64,000 bases of DNA. Origin: Syntrophales bacterium (lineage in GTDB: Bacteria; Desulfobacterota; Syntrophia; Syntrophales; UBA6807). The number at the start of each line of letters is the position of its first letter. Position 1 is the first letter of the stretch. The notes under the pieces were generated by a model, which was given only the letters and a program-made list of their open reading frames with translations, searched no databases and was not told where the DNA came from. Shown here one piece after another: positions 1-8,878 of this stretch. The stretch covers positions 128,001-192,000 of the forward strand of contig JAXGPA010000002.1 of assembly GCA_040767195.1 (NCBI GenBank). The letters run 5' to 3'. The translations under genes were made by a program, and so were the position numbers.

Positions 1-17
1 GCCCTTTTGTTTCTCAT
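1..17 (-). CDS. 5' end of a gene running off the window, probably the next amino-acid ABC transporter component
   Basis: CAT at 15-17 preceded on the minus strand by AGGAG; downstream of the ABC ATPase. Confidence 0.35.
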
Positions 18-224
18 TCTCGCTTCTCCTTCCTGATCATCATTTGACGGGCGGAGGGGAGCACCCTCCACTGAAACGCAACGGTCAGCCTTTCAAGGGG
101 TCAAAGAACCTCGAGATGGACGGTCCCGCCGCAAAGAACCCTTCCCCGATTTTTCAGGCGGCCCGGTGGCCCGCCGCCCCGGCCGGGAAAGAGGGGAAGC
201 CTCCTCGGGCTTTTTAAGAAACCA

Positions 225-953
225 TCAGTGGCTGAGGATCTTGCTCAAAAAAAGCTTCGTCCTCTCGTGCTTCGGGCTGGAAAAGAACTCCCGGGGCGGC
301 GCGCTTTCCACAAGCTGCCCCTCGTCCATGAAAATCACCCGGTTCGCCACTTCCCGGGCAAAGCCCATCTCGTGGGTGACCACGATCATGGTCATTCCCT
401 CCCGGGCCAGGGTCTTCATCACGTCCAGGACCTCGTTGATCATCTCGGGATCGAGGGCCGACGTGGGCTCATCGAAAAGCATGATCTTGGGCCGCATGGC
501 CAGCCCCCGCGCGATGGCGACCCGCTGCTGCTGACCCCCGGAGAGCTGTCCGGGATAGGCGTGGGCCTTCTCCACAATGCCCACCTTCTTCAAAAGCTCA
601 AAGGCCCGTTTTTCCGCTTCCCCTTTTTTCTGCTTGCGAACCTGAACGGGGGCCAGGGTGATGTTCTCCAGGGCCGTCATGTGCGGGTACAGGTTGAACT
701 GCTGAAAGACGAACCCGATTTCCTCGCGGAGGCGGCGCAGGTTGACCTTGCCGTCGTGAATGGGCATGCCGTCCACGATGATTTCCCCCTTCTGAATCGG
801 CTCGAGCTTGTTGATGCAGCGGATCAAGGTGCTCTTCCCGGATCCGCTGGGTCCGCAGATGACCACCACCTCCCCGGCTTCGATGCGAAGGCTCACGTCG
901 TTCAGGACATGAAGATCGCCGAACCATTTATGTACGCTTTTGAAATGAATCAT
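225..953 (-). CDS. Polar amino-acid ABC transporter ATP-binding protein (GlnQ family)
   Basis: [28 protein letters not shown]; start trimmed to MIHFKSV. Confidence 0.93.
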   Translation of the reverse strand: MIHFKSVHKWFGDLHVLNDVSLRIEAGEVVVICGPSGSGKSTLIRCINKLEPIQKGEIIVDGMPIHDGKVNLRRLREEIGFVFQQFNLYPHMTALENITLAPVQVRKQKKGEAEKRAFELLKKVGIVEKAHAYPGQLSGGQQQRVAIARGLAMRPKIMLFDEPTSALDPEMINEVLDVMKTLAREGMTMIVVTHEMGFAREVANRVIFMDEGQLVESAPPREFFSSPKHERTKLFLSKILSH

Positions 954-1064
954 GGGGGAAATACGCTCCCGGTCCCGGATTATCGTCAGCCTGTTCCCGT
1001 CTTTCCGGGGCACCCCGGACGGGGACAACGCGCCGATATCCGACGCATCTTCAGGTTTCGAATT

Positions 1065-2678
1065 TCACGCCGGGGCCTTCCTGTTCAGGAGATCCCGGAC
1101 TTCCTCCCGGAGGGCCTTGAGCCTGGCCACATCACCCGGGGAAAGCCCGCCTTCCCCCTCCGACTGGATTTTCAACCGAAGGGCCGCCAGGGCCTCTTCG
1201 ACATGTTCGAAGGCCTCCAGGGCTTCCCGACGGTCGCGGGCTTCCACATCCTCCGGCTCTTCCCGTTCCGCCCGCTGCCGAGGCGTCAGTTTCAGCGTTT
1301 CCCGGAAAACGGGAATGTGAACATCCATGGAAAATTTTTCCCGTATGGAACGGGCGAAGCTTTCGCTGGCCGTCTTCTCTCCGTGGACAACGAAAACCCG
1401 GGGCATGGAAGGGGAAAAATGGCTGATCCATTCGAGAAGTTCATCCCGGTCGGCATGGGCGGAAAACCCGCCGATGGTAAAGACCTTCGCCTTGACGGCC
1501 ACGGGTTCCCCGAAAATCTTCACGGTTTTCTCACCGTCTACGATCCGCCGCCCCGTCGTCCCCTGGGCCTGGAACCCCACGATGATGATGCTCGCCCCGG
1601 GACGCCACAGGTTGTGCTTCAAGTGGTGCTTGATCCGTCCCGCCGTGCACATCCCGCTGGCGGAGATGACGATGGCAGGCCCCTGTTTCTCGTTGATGGC
1701 CATGGACTCCACCGTTGAGGGCGTAAAACGGAGGGACGGCATGGAAAAGGGGTCCCGTCCCTGTTCGACGATGGCGCTCGCTTCTTCGTCATAGTACTGC
1801 TTGTTCCGGCGGAAAATTTCCGTGGCCTTGATGGCCATGGGGCTGTCCAGGTAGACGGGAATCTCCGGGAGTTCCCCCTTACGGGTCAATTCCGCGAGAA
1901 GATAGAGGATCTCCTGGGTCCGCTCCACGGCAAAGGCGGGGATGATCACCTTTTCCCCGTTTGTCACGGCATAGCGGACAGCTTCGACGAACTCTTTCTT
2001 GCTGTCCTCGAGATTGCGGTGAAGCCGGTTTCCGTAAGTGGATTCCACGAAAAGGTAATCGGCATCGGTGATCTCATGGGCGTCCTTCACGATAAGCTGG
2101 TTTTTCCGCCCCAGGTCGCCTGAAAAAACGATCTTCAAGTCCCCGCCGCCGTCGTTGACCCAGATTTCCAGGATCGAGGACCCGAGAATATGACCGGCAT
2201 TCCGGAGCCGGGCCCGGAGCACCCTGTCAACCTCGATGACCTGGTCCCTCTCCACGGGACGCAGGTATTTCAAGCTCTCCTCGGCGTCGGCGATGGTATA
2301 CAGGGGTTCCACCTTTTTTTTACCCTGGCGGGCCCTTTTCCGTGTCTGCCAGGCGGCGTCCATTTCCTGAACATGGGCCGAATCGAGAAGCATGATCCGG
2401 CAGAGCTCCGCCGTCGGTGGGGACGTGATGATCTCCCCTCGGAAGCCGTCACGGACGAGCTTGGGAATCCGTCCGCTGTGATCGATGTGGGCATGGGTGA
2501 GAAAGAGGGCGTCGACTTCCGCGGGGTCGAAATCCCAGTCACGCCAGTTTCTTTTTTCCGTGGACTTCCCGCCCTGGAAAAGCCCGCAGTCAACGAGGAA
2601 CTTCTTGTTGCCCCCTTCCAGGAGAAAGCACGACCCGGTTACCGATTCAGCGGCACCGAGGCAGGTTATGCGAACCAT
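1065..2678 (-). CDS. MBL-fold/beta-CASP ribonuclease-like protein (YSH1/TTHA0252 type)
   Basis: GAAESVTGSC, THAHIDHSGR, AGHILGS, ESTYG, FSAHAD, VHGE. Confidence 0.9.
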   Translation of the reverse strand: MVRITCLGAAESVTGSCFLLEGGNKKFLVDCGLFQGGKSTEKRNWRDWDFDPAEVDALFLTHAHIDHSGRIPKLVRDGFRGEIITSPPTAELCRIMLLDSAHVQEMDAAWQTRKRARQGKKKVEPLYTIADAEESLKYLRPVERDQVIEVDRVLRARLRNAGHILGSSILEIWVNDGGGDLKIVFSGDLGRKNQLIVKDAHEITDADYLFVESTYGNRLHRNLEDSKKEFVEAVRYAVTNGEKVIIPAFAVERTQEILYLLAELTRKGELPEIPVYLDSPMAIKATEIFRRNKQYYDEEASAIVEQGRDPFSMPSLRFTPSTVESMAINEKQGPAIVISASGMCTAGRIKHHLKHNLWRPGASIIIVGFQAQGTTGRRIVDGEKTVKIFGEPVAVKAKVFTIGGFSAHADRDELLEWISHFSPSMPRVFVVHGEKTASESFARSIREKFSMDVHIPVFRETLKLTPRQRAEREEPEDVEARDRREALEAFEHVEEALAALRLKIQSEGEGGLSPGDVARLKALREEVRDLLNRKAPA

Positions 2679-2757
2679 GATTTTCTTCCTTTCCGCAAGA
2701 TTCCCGAACCTTCGCCTCTATAGCACAGATTTCACGCCGGCGCACCGGCAAATCGGT

Positions 2758-3741
2758 TTAAAAGAAACGGACACCCCGAACCTTATCCTTTTCTTTCAAG
2801 GCCCTGAAGACGACTTCGGCGCAGGAAACGTCCTGGACAGCGAGACCGGTGGAATCGAACAGGGTGATCTCCCTGCGGGATCGCCGACCCCTCTTCCTGC
2901 CGGCGACGATTTCGCCGAGCGTCCCGTAAACGTCTTTTTCCGCCAGGTCCCCCCGGGACACGGGAATGTTGATCTCACCGCTGTGCGAGGCCTGGGTCCA
3001 GTCGTCGATGACGATTTTCGCCCTCTTCAACAGGGAGGTGAAAATTTCCTGCTTCCCCGCCGCGTCGGCGCCGATGGCGTTGATGTGGGTTCCCGGTGAA
3101 ACCGAGCGGACGAGAGGCTGCCGGGTCGGCGTTGTGGTCACCACGATGTCGGCCCCTTCCGTCACCGCGTCGATGTCTTCGGACATCACCGCGTCAAGGC
3201 CGTGGGCTCTTCGGGCCCACCGGCAAAAGCGGGGCGCCAGGGAATCGCCGGGCAGGTATCTCCAGACCCGGATCTTTTCAATTCTCCGGACCTTCAGGAG
3301 ACAGGCGAGCTGTGTCCTCGCCTGGACCCCGCATCCCACGAAGCCGGCGACGGCGGCATCCTCCCGGCTCAAGAACTTCGCCGCCACGGCACCGGCGGCC
3401 CCCGTGCGAAGGCTTGTCAGGACGGTCCCGTCCATGACGGCAAGGGGGAAGCCCGTTCCGGGGTCCACCAGGACAACGAGGGCCATGACCGTCGGCAGCC
3501 CTTTCTCGGCATTGCCCGTGTGGACGTTCACGCTCTTGATCCCGGCCATGTCGAACCCCTGGCCGTGAAGGTAGGCGGGCATGGAACGGAGGTCCCCCTC
3601 GGGAAAAATGAGATAGCTTTTCGGGGGCATGTCCGCCTCCCCAAGCCCGTGGGCCCTGAAAGCCCGTTCCACCGTTTTGCAGGCCAGGGCGGGGGTCAGG
3701 ATCTCCTTGACTTTTTTTGCTGTCACGATCAGCGTTTTCAT
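2758..3741 (-). CDS. Ornithine cyclodeaminase/mu-crystallin family; archaeal-type alanine dehydrogenase-like
   Basis: MPPKSY..GDLRSMPA, GLPTV, RTGAAG, GCGVQA, HINAIGAD, FDSTGLA. Confidence 0.85.
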   Translation of the reverse strand: MKTLIVTAKKVKEILTPALACKTVERAFRAHGLGEADMPPKSYLIFPEGDLRSMPAYLHGQGFDMAGIKSVNVHTGNAEKGLPTVMALVVLVDPGTGFPLAVMDGTVLTSLRTGAAGAVAAKFLSREDAAVAGFVGCGVQARTQLACLLKVRRIEKIRVWRYLPGDSLAPRFCRWARRAHGLDAVMSEDIDAVTEGADIVVTTTPTRQPLVRSVSPGTHINAIGADAAGKQEIFTSLLKRAKIVIDDWTQASHSGEINIPVSRGDLAEKDVYGTLGEIVAGRKRGRRSRREITLFDSTGLAVQDVSCAEVVFRALKEKDKVRGVRFF

Positions 3742-3754
3742 GATGTCCTCCCTT

Positions 3755-4600
3755 TCAGTCCTCCGTTTCCTCGTCTTCACTTATCTCGACGCGGGCCTCT
3801 TCGTCGAAGGGGTTTTTTCTCACGGCCAGGGAAAACAGATAGGGGAAATACGCCTTGAGATGCTCCGCATAAGAAAGCCACTCCTCGACCAGGTGCCGGT
3901 AAACGCGAACCATGTCGGCCATCAGATGGGCCCTGTCCGCCCGGGGAAGGTCCCTGAAGGAATTTCTTTCCGCCAGTTCCTCCACCAGGTGGAGGAGCGC
4001 CTGGAGAAGGTTCGAGAAGGAGCCGTGCTCGAGGAGAGCGGGATTTTCCAGGAGCCTCACGAGAAACTCTCTTTTGCCGATCAGTAACGTTCGAAGCGCC
4101 ATAAGCTCGGGTATCCCGGGATCGAGGCGAAAGACGTGACGGCGGGCCAAAGCGGCGGCGGCGGCGAAGTTCTCTCTTTTCCAACGTCCGTTGACATGAA
4201 AGGAAGTCCGGATTTCGGCTATCTCCGGGTCCCAGGAGACGAAAAGGCGAAGAAGCCCCGTCCCCGCCTCGCTGAAAAAAACGCCCACGACGAGGTTCAG
4301 CTTTTCCATGAGAGCCTTCCTCTCCCGGCGGAAGAGGATGAGTTCCGTCCCGCTGGCGATGACCCCGACGAAGGTCCCCACGCCGAGGACAATGATGGCC
4401 AGGGCCAGGAACTTGCCCGCGGCGGTGACGGGGTGAATGTCGCCGTATCCCACCGTGGCCATTGTCACGATGATGAAGTACAGGGCGTCCGTGGGGGACA
4501 CCTTTTCAATGGACATGAAAGCGATGGTCCCGAGGAAAAGGGTCGCCGCGAGAATGGTGAGATTCAACTGAAGACGGAACTGGATGGCTTCCCTGCTCAC
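3755..4600 (-). CDS. Two-TM potassium channel family protein with a non-RCK C-terminal domain
   Basis: TMATVGYGD selectivity filter flanked by two hydrophobic helices. Confidence 0.85.
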   Translation of the reverse strand: MSREAIQFRLQLNLTILAATLFLGTIAFMSIEKVSPTDALYFIIVTMATVGYGDIHPVTAAGKFLALAIIVLGVGTFVGVIASGTELILFRRERKALMEKLNLVVGVFFSEAGTGLLRLFVSWDPEIAEIRTSFHVNGRWKRENFAAAAALARRHVFRLDPGIPELMALRTLLIGKREFLVRLLENPALLEHGSFSNLLQALLHLVEELAERNSFRDLPRADRAHLMADMVRVYRHLVEEWLSYAEHLKAYFPYLFSLAVRKNPFDEEARVEISEDEETED

Positions 4601-4665
4601 GAAAGATCCTCGAGGAAAAAGTTGCGGCTGCGTAAAAAGGGTCTTCTCACGTTTTTAAAGGACCG

Positions 4666-4953
4666 TCAGTCCTGATGGGAGAAAAAGCCGATCAGTGCCA
4701 GGACGATGATAACGATTCCAAAACCGAAATACAACGTGACGGACAGGTGGTCCATCCGCCCGATGGCGGGGCCTATCTGCGCCCGGTTCACCAGGTATCC
4801 CCAGTAGAGGGCAAAGGTCAGGTTGATGAGAAGGGCCAGGCGCAGCCACCCCATAAGCAGGGAAAGGGTGCCGAGGAGGAGGAGAAGCCCCACTTGGAAA
4901 AGGGGTATGACGATGGTCGCCTTCTGCAGAAAATGGATGAGATCCAAGGTCAC
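4666..4953 (-). CDS. Small membrane protein of unknown function
   Basis: About three hydrophobic segments; GTGA overlap with the stop of the upstream gene. Confidence 0.7.
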   Translation of the reverse strand: MTLDLIHFLQKATIVIPLFQVGLLLLLGTLSLLMGWLRLALLINLTFALYWGYLVNRAQIGPAIGRMDHLSVTLYFGFGIVIIVLALIGFFSHQD

Positions 4954-5750
4954 TCCCGAGGGGTCTCCCGCTGGGCCCCTTCCGTGGGCGCTTCCTTCGC
5001 CGCGGGAACGCCTTCATCGGTCACCGCGCTCTGGTAGGCGTCCCTGTTTTCGGCTACATGACGGGCCGTGTACTGGGACCCCATGGCAACGACGGCGAGG
5101 AGGAAAAAAAGAACGCCGAAAAGGGTCCAGGCCTTTTTCGCCTCGATCCCGTGGACTTCCACCGTCGCCACAACCACGAGATACAGCATCCACAGGATTC
5201 CCGCCAGGCTTCCCAGGTAGGGAACGATGCCGATGAGAGTCGTCACCGGCGTGATGGCCGAAGCGTAGGCGAAACAGCGGTAGGCCGTTTCGTAGGATTC
5301 ATCGGACCCCATGATCCGCCACAGGATGAAGAACACACCGGCGCCGATAAAACTGAAAAGAATGAAGACCGCCGGGGCGACGACGAGGGAAAGGAGAAAA
5401 TCAAAAAACGGGACCCCCCCGAAGACAAGGGAGAACACGCCGCCGATCAGGGCGACGATGACGGCCATGACGCCGGCGAAGACCATGGGATCGAGAAACC
5501 CGCCCCCGCGGCTCATCCGACGGTAAAAATCCGCGGGGTCCCGGATGACCGCGATCATGGTCTCGGAAATATCCCCGTACCAGCGGAGTATTTTTTCCTG
5601 AAGCCCTTCCAGGTCCACCTTTTCACTCCAAAAACCCGCCGTTCTAAAAAATCCCATCGGCCCGACGGAAACCTTTATTCTTGTAGTGGATTCTTTTTCT
5701 TTTTTCAAGCTTTTCAGCGCATCCGAGAGAAACTCCTTTACTTTTCCCAT
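4950..5750 (-). CDS. Yip1-domain membrane protein
   Basis: AVIRDPADFYRRM followed by about five TM helices, GSDESYETAYRC.AY. Confidence 0.8.
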   Translation of the reverse strand: MGKVKEFLSDALKSLKKEKESTTRIKVSVGPMGFFRTAGFWSEKVDLEGLQEKILRWYGDISETMIAVIRDPADFYRRMSRGGGFLDPMVFAGVMAVIVALIGGVFSLVFGGVPFFDFLLSLVVAPAVFILFSFIGAGVFFILWRIMGSDESYETAYRCFAYASAITPVTTLIGIVPYLGSLAGILWMLYLVVVATVEVHGIEAKKAWTLFGVLFFLLAVVAMGSQYTARHVAENRDAYQSAVTDEGVPAAKEAPTEGAQRETPRE

Positions 5751-5812
5751 TTCCCGGGGATACTCTTTTCACCGGGAGGATGTCTTCCCGATCATCCTGA
5801 AGGAGGTGTTTC

Positions 5813-6679
5813 ATGAAAGCGAAAGGATCCCTCAAAATCATAGCGGTCTTCTGCCTGCTGGCCCTATCCCTGGGGGGGATCGGGTGTGCCGACAAGTTCG
5901 CCACCCGCCTCGCCTCGCATGCCCTGGAAAAAAGCGCCGTCACCGAGGTGGACCCGTCCATGACCCTGTCCCAGGCCATGTCTGTCCAGAAGACCTACGT
6001 CGCGAAACTGGAGAAAGCCATGGGGCCCGTCGTGGGCTACAAGGCCGGCCTCACCAACGCCTCGGTGCAGAAAAGCTTCGGGGTCAACCAGCCTCTCCGG
6101 GGCACCCTTCTTGAAAAGATGCTTCTTCCCTCAGGAACGGTCCTGCCCGCCGATTTCGGCGTCCGGCCGCTCAGCGAGGGCGACCTCATCCTCCGGGTCA
6201 AGGACGACGGCATCAATGACGCCAAAACCGCCGAGGAAGCCCTGGGGCACATCGACGCCGCCATCCCCTTCATCGAGCTTCCCGATCTTCTTTACGGGAA
6301 AGACATCAAGATCAACGGCCCCCTTCTCGCCGCCGTCAACGTCGCGGCCCGGTACGGGGTCATGGGTGACCCCATCCCCGTGGAAGACACGCCCGACTGG
6401 TTTGACCGGCTGGCGTCCTTCAAGCTGGACATCCTCGATGAAAACGGAACGGTTCTCGCCACCGGGGAAGGAAAGAACGTGCTCGATCACCCCCTCAACG
6501 TCACCCTCTGGATCAAGGATTCCCTGAAAGCCGACGGCATCAGGCTGAAAAAGGGAGACCTCCTGTCCATGGGAACGATCACCAAGCTCATGCCCGCCAA
6601 AGCCGGCACCACCGTTAAAGCCCGTTACACGGGCCTCGACCCGGAGGGTCCCGTGGAAATCGAGGTGAGGTTCAAGTAA
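5813..6679 (+). CDS. 2-keto-4-pentenoate hydratase-like (FAH superfamily) protein with a probable lipoprotein signal
   Basis: VVGYKAGLT, PLRGTL, EGDL, IELPD, GDLLSMGT; N-terminal K-hydrophobic-GIGC; GGAGG RBS. Confidence 0.8.
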   Translation: MKAKGSLKIIAVFCLLALSLGGIGCADKFATRLASHALEKSAVTEVDPSMTLSQAMSVQKTYVAKLEKAMGPVVGYKAGLTNASVQKSFGVNQPLRGTLLEKMLLPSGTVLPADFGVRPLSEGDLILRVKDDGINDAKTAEEALGHIDAAIPFIELPDLLYGKDIKINGPLLAAVNVAARYGVMGDPIPVEDTPDWFDRLASFKLDILDENGTVLATGEGKNVLDHPLNVTLWIKDSLKADGIRLKKGDLLSMGTITKLMPAKAGTTVKARYTGLDPEGPVEIEVRFK

Positions 6680-6706
6680 GACGCCCCGTCACCCGGGCGG
6701 GCCCCT

Positions 6707-8791
6707 TCAGGGGGCCTCGCCCGGTCCATTCAAGCCCGACAGGGCCCCACTGCGCTTACGGTCCCCGAGTTCCGCCAGCTTGCCCTTGTTCCAGCTCGAG
6801 ACACGGGAAAAATAGCCGGCGATCCGGGTAATGCCTTCCACGGCGCCTGAAGCGCAGAAAGGACAGGTTTCGACGAACCCCCGGGCCGTCCGGCCACAGG
6901 AAAAGCAGGTCGTGAAATCGGGGGAAAAGGTGAGCATCCGGGACTCGGTCTTCTCGAAGACTTCCCTGATGAAGAGCGCCAGGGCCTCGGTGGCGGGCCG
7001 TTCTTTTCCAAGCCAGACATGGGTCATGGTTCCGCCGTCCATGAAAGGGTGAAAGGCGCCCTCGAAGCGGACCCGGTCCATGGGGGAAACGGCGGCGGCC
7101 CCGTCGAGGCAGGTGGAATTGGTGTAATAGACGGCTCCCGTCGAAATGTCCCCCCTGACGTAGCGGCCCGACAGGGGTGAGAAGTGCTTCAGATCGAGGC
7201 GGGCGAACCGGTAGGCCGTGGTTTCCGCCGGGGACTGCACCAGGCCCAGGGGGATCCCGTGCCGTTTTGACGCCTCCACGGCCTTATCCCGCATAAAGGA
7301 GATCACCTCGAGGCCGAATGACCGGGCTGATTCGGATTCGTGGAGGCCCTGTCCCCGGTGGACCCGGCACAGTTCGTTGAGTCCCACCATGCCGATGAGA
7401 TAAAGCCCCTCGGCCCCGTTGACGAAAGGCCTCCCGTCGAGCCGCATGTCGAGGAGAGCCAGCGGCCCCTCGCTTTCCGACGAGAGAAGCCGGTCCATGA
7501 AGGCCCTCTTCTGGAGATGGGCACGGACAACGAGATCCAGGGTGTCGGACAAAAGGGCGAACAGCCGGGAATCGCCTCCCTCGGCCCGGTATCCCAGGCG
7601 GGGGAGGTTGATGGAGATGTTCTGAACGACCTCCCGGCGAAGCTGCCAGGCTTCCCCTTCCCGGTTCCCCTCTTCCCGCGCCGCCCCCAGGTAGCCGCTC
7701 TCGGAAAGATTCACGCCCCCCCGCCGGTCCAAGGAAAAGAGCGGGTTCCCCTTTTCGGCGGCCACATCACAGGCCCGGTGCAGAAAATGTTCATGGCCTG
7801 CCAGGCGGAAAAACCCTTCCGAAAGATGCACCACCGGCCGGGGAAAGACAAACGGCTGTCCCCGGGAGTCTCCCTCCAGAAACACGTCGAGAATGGCCGC
7901 GGCAAACCGGATGGCCTCGGGAAGATACGGCTCGTAAGTCTCTTCCGTCGTCGTTCCTCCCGGTCCGATGACCCGGGATTTTGCCAGGTGGGGCGGGACC
8001 GTCCCGTAAAGATGAATGTCCGTGAAGATCGTCTGCCCGCCCCGGGCCACCGCCTGCTGGGCGAACTCATAGACCAGCATCTGGGCCAGCTGCCGGATGT
8101 CCCGGTCTCCCAGTCCTTCCAGGTAAGGGGCGAACAGGAGGTTCACCCCGTCCCAGATGACGGCGCCGGAAAGGCTTCCCTGCAGGGCGGCGGAAAAGCG
8201 CATCATGTGCGCGATGAGAACTTCCCCGTGCTTTGCCGGGGAAGCCGAAGCCAGGGTATTGGGGAGGTTGAGGCCGAACTTTTTGATGTAGTCCAGGGTC
8301 TGGACCGTGCAGTAAGGCCTGTCGATGTAGCCAAGATTGTGGAGGTGAATGTCCCCGGCCATGTGGGCGTATCCCACTTCGGGGGAAAAGACCCGGAGGA
8401 CGGCAAATTCTTTCTTGATCCGTTCCGCCAGGGTCAGGTTCGTTCCCTCGGGGGTGTGGGGAATGTTGGCGTTCTCACGGTTCCGGAAAATGAGGATCTG
8501 TTCCACGTCGTGGACGGGGATACCGAGCCGGGCATGCATCTTGGTCGCCTTCTCGAGCCCCCTCTCGATAAGCCTCGCGTTGACGAGCTCGCGGACGAGA
8601 GAGGACGTGAGAAGACTCATCCCCGACGTGACGATCTGTTTTTCCACCTCCCGGCTGATGGCTTCCGCCGTGTCATCGTCGACGTTGGTCTCATCAAGAA
8701 GCGCCTCGACGATTTTCCGCCGGTCCCAGCTCACAATGTCTTCCCGGGAGGTTATGACGAAAAGGGCGATATCGGTCGTGTCAACGGTCAT
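6707..8791 (-). CDS. nrdD: Anaerobic (class III) ribonucleoside-triphosphate reductase homologue, active site apparently degenerate
   Basis: ATP-cone-like N-terminus, ENANIPH, GDIHLHNL..RPYC, INLPR, SPAET, YYTNS, CxxC..CxxC, RIAGY glycyl loop. Confidence 0.88.
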   Translation of the reverse strand: MTVDTTDIALFVITSREDIVSWDRRKIVEALLDETNVDDDTAEAISREVEKQIVTSGMSLLTSSLVRELVNARLIERGLEKATKMHARLGIPVHDVEQILIFRNRENANIPHTPEGTNLTLAERIKKEFAVLRVFSPEVGYAHMAGDIHLHNLGYIDRPYCTVQTLDYIKKFGLNLPNTLASASPAKHGEVLIAHMMRFSAALQGSLSGAVIWDGVNLLFAPYLEGLGDRDIRQLAQMLVYEFAQQAVARGGQTIFTDIHLYGTVPPHLAKSRVIGPGGTTTEETYEPYLPEAIRFAAAILDVFLEGDSRGQPFVFPRPVVHLSEGFFRLAGHEHFLHRACDVAAEKGNPLFSLDRRGGVNLSESGYLGAAREEGNREGEAWQLRREVVQNISINLPRLGYRAEGGDSRLFALLSDTLDLVVRAHLQKRAFMDRLLSSESEGPLALLDMRLDGRPFVNGAEGLYLIGMVGLNELCRVHRGQGLHESESARSFGLEVISFMRDKAVEASKRHGIPLGLVQSPAETTAYRFARLDLKHFSPLSGRYVRGDISTGAVYYTNSTCLDGAAAVSPMDRVRFEGAFHPFMDGGTMTHVWLGKERPATEALALFIREVFEKTESRMLTFSPDFTTCFSCGRTARGFVETCPFCASGAVEGITRIAGYFSRVSSWNKGKLAELGDRKRSGALSGLNGPGEAP

Positions 8792-8878
8792 TGAGGGACC
8801 TCCGCCGCTTGAGGGGACAGCCGACCATCCGTCTTGCACGACGCAGGAATACAGGATCGACCGTTAACGCCCCCTTCA

